This document shows positions 60,230 to 64,000 of a stretch of 64,000 bases of DNA, piece by piece. A program made the position numbers and the translations under genes. The first letter of the stretch is position 1; each line of letters starts with the position of its first letter. Source of the stretch: an uncultured Gemmatimonadaceae bacterium (lineage in GTDB: Bacteria > Gemmatimonadota > Gemmatimonadetes > Gemmatimonadales > Gemmatimonadaceae); the NCBI GenBank assembly GCA_963781585.1, contig CAWAGQ010000011.1:96001-160000 (forward strand), read 5' to 3'. Under the pieces are notes generated by a model. It saw nothing but the letters and a program-made list of their open reading frames with translations, was not told the origin of the DNA and made no database searches.

Positions 60230-61087
60230 TCACATCGGATGCCGTGACAGGAAACCGGCAATCGCCCGAGCTGTCGCCGCGGGGGCCTCGATAGGGAACA
60301 TGTGTGTCTGCCCGGGGAATTCAACGAATTCCATCTCCGGCCACCATGCGGTGGCCGAGTCGACGGTTGCGGCGCGTTCCTGCGAGATGTAGAGGATCGG
60401 CGCGGTGATGCGCCGCGCCCGCGCTGCGTCGAGCTTCCACGCTCCCAATGCGATCCACTCGACCGTGTTGAATCGACGTTCGTCAGTTCTGGCCTGCTGA
60501 AGGGCGCCGGGCAGCTGTGCGTCCAATAGTCCTCTCAGACCCGGGGCGCCCTTGTTCAGCAGGAATGCCTCCACGCTGTCGGCTCCGCCGGTCCGTGGCC
60601 GGAGTGACCGCGCTTGCGCGAAGCCGAGCGGCGGGTCGAGCAGGACAAGCGTCTGGACCATATCCGGAAACGCAGCGGCCATCTCAATGGCCACGATTCC
60701 GCCGGACGAGTGGCTAATGACGTGGGCGCGGGCAATTCCAAGGTGCCGGAGGAGCGCGGCCGCATCGGCCGCGTCCTGCGCCACGCTGAACGAGTCACCG
60801 GCGGCCGAGCTGCCAGCGTACCCTCGCCTGTGCACGCGGATCAGGCGGTAACCAGACAAGGCCGGTTCGTCGCTGAGCGGACGCAACAAGTCCGCGATGA
60901 GCGCCCCATGAATGAGAAGCACGGCTTCACCATGACCTCGTACTTCGTACTCGAGTCGACCGCCTGGCACGGGGGCGTATTGAAGGCCTGTGGCAGGCTG
61001 TTGTCCGACGGCCGAACCGACCGACATGAGTCCGATGGCGACCATCGCCAGGCAGACATCGCGGATAGCAAGGCGATTCCAGCTCAT
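60230..61087 (-). CDS. Alpha/beta-fold hydrolase with signal peptide, in a cassette-like position
   Basis: LLIHG, RRGYAGS, SHSSGG nucleophile elbow and C-terminal His; AGGAGG RBS; starts 25 bp after GTTAGGC. Confidence 0.88.
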   Translation of the reverse strand: MSWNRLAIRDVCLAMVAIGLMSVGSAVGQQPATGLQYAPVPGGRLEYEVRGHGEAVLLIHGALIADLLRPLSDEPALSGYRLIRVHRRGYAGSSAAGDSFSVAQDAADAAALLRHLGIARAHVISHSSGGIVAIEMAAAFPDMVQTLVLLDPPLGFAQARSLRPRTGGADSVEAFLLNKGAPGLRGLLDAQLPGALQQARTDERRFNTVEWIALGAWKLDAARARRITAPILYISQERAATVDSATAWWPEMEFVEFPGQTHMFPIEAPAATARAIAGFLSRHPM

Positions 61088-61112
61088 CGCTTGGTGCCTC
61101 CTGATTCAGGTC

Positions 61113-61205
61113 GCCTAACGTCGTGCGCTTCTGCTGCGGCGACCTATTGGAGCAAAGGCTATTCTATTGCTGTACGACCGCCCGCAGCAAGCGCACGCCG
61201 CTCAC
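61113..61205 (-). other. Degraded attC site
   Basis: Minus strand: GTGCGCTTGCTGCGG...CCGCAGCAGAAGCGCAC-GAC-GTTAGGC; the R'' box has lost AAC. Confidence 0.65.
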
Positions 61206-61594
61206 GTTTGAGCCCGTTGCCGGTCCTGACGACCACCTGACTCCGGCGGGCCAACGAATCGGGTTGTGCTGCGGGCCGCCACCTGGCCGCCTGGTTGAGC
61301 CGATAGTCGCTGGCGACGTCTCACTCCACGGTACTTCACTACGCCGTATTCCGTGATCACCAACTCTACTTGCCCATCGGGCAAGCGGCGGAATGCGGCC
61401 CGCCAGTCGCGGTAGAACGGAGGCACGCAGGATCCGTCTGTTTGCTTCAACATGCGCGCGCCGAACATGAATGGCTGGCCGGCCTTCTCCGAAACAATGG
61501 CGACACGTTGCCGTGTGTCCGGATCGACATCCCCGCCGAGCAATGGCAGCCACTCATCACGAGAGACCGGGTCTGCTCAATGCCTGGGACAAGG

Positions 61595-62227
61595 TCAGCC
61601 GCGCGTCATCCGCCGCTGCACGTGCTTCAACCGCAGATGCTCCTCCCGCTCCCGTTCCTCCAGCGTCTGCTTGAGGTTCAGAATCTGCGCGTTGAGCTGC
61701 GGCGCCACGCGCTGCTCCAGCGTCCGCACCCGCCGCGAGCACGACGCCACCGCTTCGCCGATCCGGCGGATGCGCTGCTCCGCCGCCGCCGCGTCGAGCA
61801 ACAACTCCGCCAGCGACTCGAACCGCGACGCGGTCCGCGAGGTCGTGGGTCCGGTGGTTCCGGGCGCCACCCCCCGCGCGTCGAGCGTTCGTTTCAGCGG
61901 AGGACGCTCGGCGATGTCGGAGACGCTGATCCCCCACACCTGCTCCGGCACCACGCGCAGCGCGATCGTGCGCGGCGGCCACGCCAGCGCGCGCAGCTCC
62001 GCGCGTCCATGTGCCGCGAACGCACCCAGCAGCCCGGCGTACGCCTCCGAAAAACCGTCGGCGATTCGCGCGCGCATGTCCACCGCCGGGCGCGCGAGAT
62101 GGAACAGCTCCCGCACCAGCGCCTCGCGCTGCCGCCGCAGCAGCACCGTCCCCTTGTCCACCTGCGCGAGCTGACGCCGCACGCGCAGCAGATTCACGCG
62201 GGTCGCGGCAAGACGCACGGCGTTCAT
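61595..62227 (-). CDS. atpD: V/A-type ATP synthase subunit D
   Basis: TRVNLL, G..LLRRQREAL, RRVRTLE and LEEREREE..RLK motifs. Confidence 0.9.
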   Translation of the reverse strand: MNAVRLAATRVNLLRVRRQLAQVDKGTVLLRRQREALVRELFHLARPAVDMRARIADGFSEAYAGLLGAFAAHGRAELRALAWPPRTIALRVVPEQVWGISVSDIAERPPLKRTLDARGVAPGTTGPTTSRTASRFESLAELLLDAAAAEQRIRRIGEAVASCSRRVRTLEQRVAPQLNAQILNLKQTLEEREREEHLRLKHVQRRMTRG

Positions 62228-63621
62228 GCGTGGCTCCTCTCACCGACGGCCGGACCCGAGCGCGCCTGCCACGTGGCATCGCTGATCCGGATCAGATCCT
62301 CCCGCGGCAGCTGCTCCAGTAGCGTCCAACCGAGCTGCAACGTGTCCTGCATGGACCGTCGGTGCGTTCCCTGCGCCACGAACTCGCGCTCGAATCGCTC
62401 GGCGAACGCGAGCGCGCGCCGGTCTTCCGGCGGCAGCCCGCCCTCGCCGAGTATCGCGGCCATCGTTCGCGCCTCGCGGCCGCGCGCGTACGTGGCGTAG
62501 AGCTGGTCCGACCACTCGCGGTGATCGGCACTGGTCTTGTCCCGTCCGATGCCGGCGTTCATGAGTCGCGAGAGTGACGGAAGCACGTCGACCGGTGGAT
62601 ACAATCCGCGTCGATGCATCTCGCGATCGAGCACGATCTGTCCTTCGGTGATGTATCCGGTGAGATCGGGAATCGGGTGCGTGATGTCATCGTCAGGCAT
62701 GGTGACGATGGGGATCTGCGTGATGGAGCCGGACCGGCCGCTCAGCACGCCGGCCCGCTCGTAGAGACTGGCCAGGTCGGTGTACATGTAGCCCGGATAG
62801 CCCCGCCGGCCCGGGATCTCCTCGCGCGCGGTCGCGATCTCGCGGAGCGCCTCGCAGTAGTGCGTGAGATCGGCGATCACCACCAGCACGTGCATCCCCA
62901 TGTCGAACGCCAGGAATTCCGCGGCCGTGAGACCGAACCGCGGCGCGAGCAGACGCTCGACCGCCGGATGACTGGCTTCGTTGAGAAACAGCGTGGTCCG
63001 CTCCAGCGCGCCGCTGCCGCGGAAGCGGTCGAGAAACTCGTCGGTTTCGCGCGCGGTGATGCCGACCGCCACGAACACCACCGCGAACGGCTCGCCGTGC
63101 GGCGCGCGTGCGCCCTCGACGATCTGGGCCGCCAGCTGCAATCCGGGAAGCCCCGGTCCGGCGAAGATCGGAAGCTTCTGCCCCCGCACCAGGGTATTGA
63201 GTCCGTCGATCGCCGAGATGCCGGTCTCGATGAAGTCGTTAGGCCTGGCGCGGCGCGCGGGGTTCATCGGCGCCCCTTCCACGGAGCGGATCGCCTCGCC
63301 CACCGGCGGCGGCAGCCCGTCCACCGGAACGCCCGCCCCGCTGAACGCGCGCCCCAGCAGCTCGCGTCCCACGACCGAGGTCGCCACATCGCCCGTCAGC
63401 GTGATGTCCGCGATCATGGGGGCGAGACCGACCGTGTCGTCGAGCACCTGCACTACCGTGAACCGCTCACCCGCCTCGATCACCTGCCCCCGCCGGTCGA
63501 CCTGACCGGGCGCCCGAACGGTGACCCATTCTCCCAGCGCGGCGCGATGCGTGCCGCCCAGAAACAGGAGTGGCCCCGCCGCCGACCGCGCGCCGCGATA
63601 GGTGCGTGGAATCCGGCTCAC
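62224..63621 (-). CDS. atpB: V/A-type ATP synthase subunit B
   Basis: NTLVRGQKLPIF, PGRRGYPGYMYTDLASLYERAG and DDITHPIPDLTGYITEGQI motifs. Confidence 0.96.
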   Translation of the reverse strand: MSRIPRTYRGARSAAGPLLFLGGTHRAALGEWVTVRAPGQVDRRGQVIEAGERFTVVQVLDDTVGLAPMIADITLTGDVATSVVGRELLGRAFSGAGVPVDGLPPPVGEAIRSVEGAPMNPARRARPNDFIETGISAIDGLNTLVRGQKLPIFAGPGLPGLQLAAQIVEGARAPHGEPFAVVFVAVGITARETDEFLDRFRGSGALERTTLFLNEASHPAVERLLAPRFGLTAAEFLAFDMGMHVLVVIADLTHYCEALREIATAREEIPGRRGYPGYMYTDLASLYERAGVLSGRSGSITQIPIVTMPDDDITHPIPDLTGYITEGQIVLDREMHRRGLYPPVDVLPSLSRLMNAGIGRDKTSADHREWSDQLYATYARGREARTMAAILGEGGLPPEDRRALAFAERFEREFVAQGTHRRSMQDTLQLGWTLLEQLPREDLIRISDATWQARSGPAVGERSHA

Positions 63622-64000
63622 GGTGTCCCTCCGTCACGCGCGTCATCGGACGTCGCGGGGCCTTCGCCGCTGACCTCCGACCTCTGGTCTGTGGCTTGTT
63701 GCTGGCCTGTGGCCTGTGGCCTCTGAGCTTTGGCCTGGATCCAGCAACTCTCCGCGGCGCGCTCCGCCGCCAGCGCCCGCCCCTCCACCTCCTCCGGCCC
63801 CGCATCGCGCAACAGCAGCAACGCCCGACGCACCGGCTCCAGTCGAAGCTGCGCCATCGTCGCGCCGCCGTCGAGCGCCGCCTGCGACGAGCGCTGCAAC
63901 GCCCACACGGCCTTCGCCAGCTCGTACGTCTTCCGCACCGACGACGATCCGTCGTGCCGGTGATAGGCGTTCTGCCGCAGCATCACTTCACGCACGATCG
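63618..64000 (-). CDS. atpA: V/A-type ATP synthase subunit A, 3' end (runs off the window)
   Basis: REVMLRQNAYHRHD...K matches the subunit A C-terminal LQQNA..D motif; GTGA overlap with subunit B. Confidence 0.8.
   Translation of the reverse strand, partial: IVREVMLRQNAYHRHDGSSSVRKTYELAKAVWALQRSSQAALDGGATMAQLRLEPVRRALLLLRDAGPEEVEGRALAAERAAESCWIQAKAQRPQATGQQQATDQRSEVSGEGPATSDDARDGGTP
63669..63737. repeat. Degenerate heptamer array inside the 3' end of atpA
   Basis: GCTGACC TCCGACC TCTGGTC ... TGGCCTG TGGCCTG TGGCCTC TGAGCTT TGGCCTG. Confidence 0.7.

Overview
High-GC (roughly 68% by eye) bacterial chromosomal segment. The gene families (ADOP-type ABC permease, TPR Ser/Thr kinase, SusC/SusD-like pair, DUF5916 protein) suggest Gemmatimonadota; this is inference. 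Layout: (1) 0-17 kb surface-glycosylation cluster with three GT-C-fold membrane glycosyltransferases, a GT2, a flippase-like protein, an FAD oxidoreductase, a Thr-type sulfatase-like protein and two probable glycoside hydrolases. (2) A 404-bp internally deleted IS110 (IS621-like) element with intact donor ends and most of a bridge RNA, inserted in a 9-bp-periodic palindrome. (3) Housekeeping genes at 17.8-24.2 kb. (4) An accessory patch at 24.2-31 kb: integron-type attC sites and cassettes with no integrase in view, an intact IS3 in a ydhR-like gene, and IS3, IS256 and tyrosine-recombinase remnants. (5) SusC/SusD/DUF6259, two nucleases, namZ, ccdA/tlpA, ettA and tRNA-Arg(UCG). (6) A coupled operon of sulfatase-like protein, deacetylase, ACP, SDR, acyl ligase and GNAT, next to a methyltransferase and a sulfotransferase. 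(7) A further degraded attC and the 3' end of a V/A-type ATP synthase operon. The strongest unexplained signal is the octamer CGTTAGGC/GCCTAACG: 19 perfect copies by manual count, 16 inside genes in several frames and mostly at rare codons, identical to the attC crossover core. Start codons were chosen by eye from RBS and overlap patterns; no searches were run.
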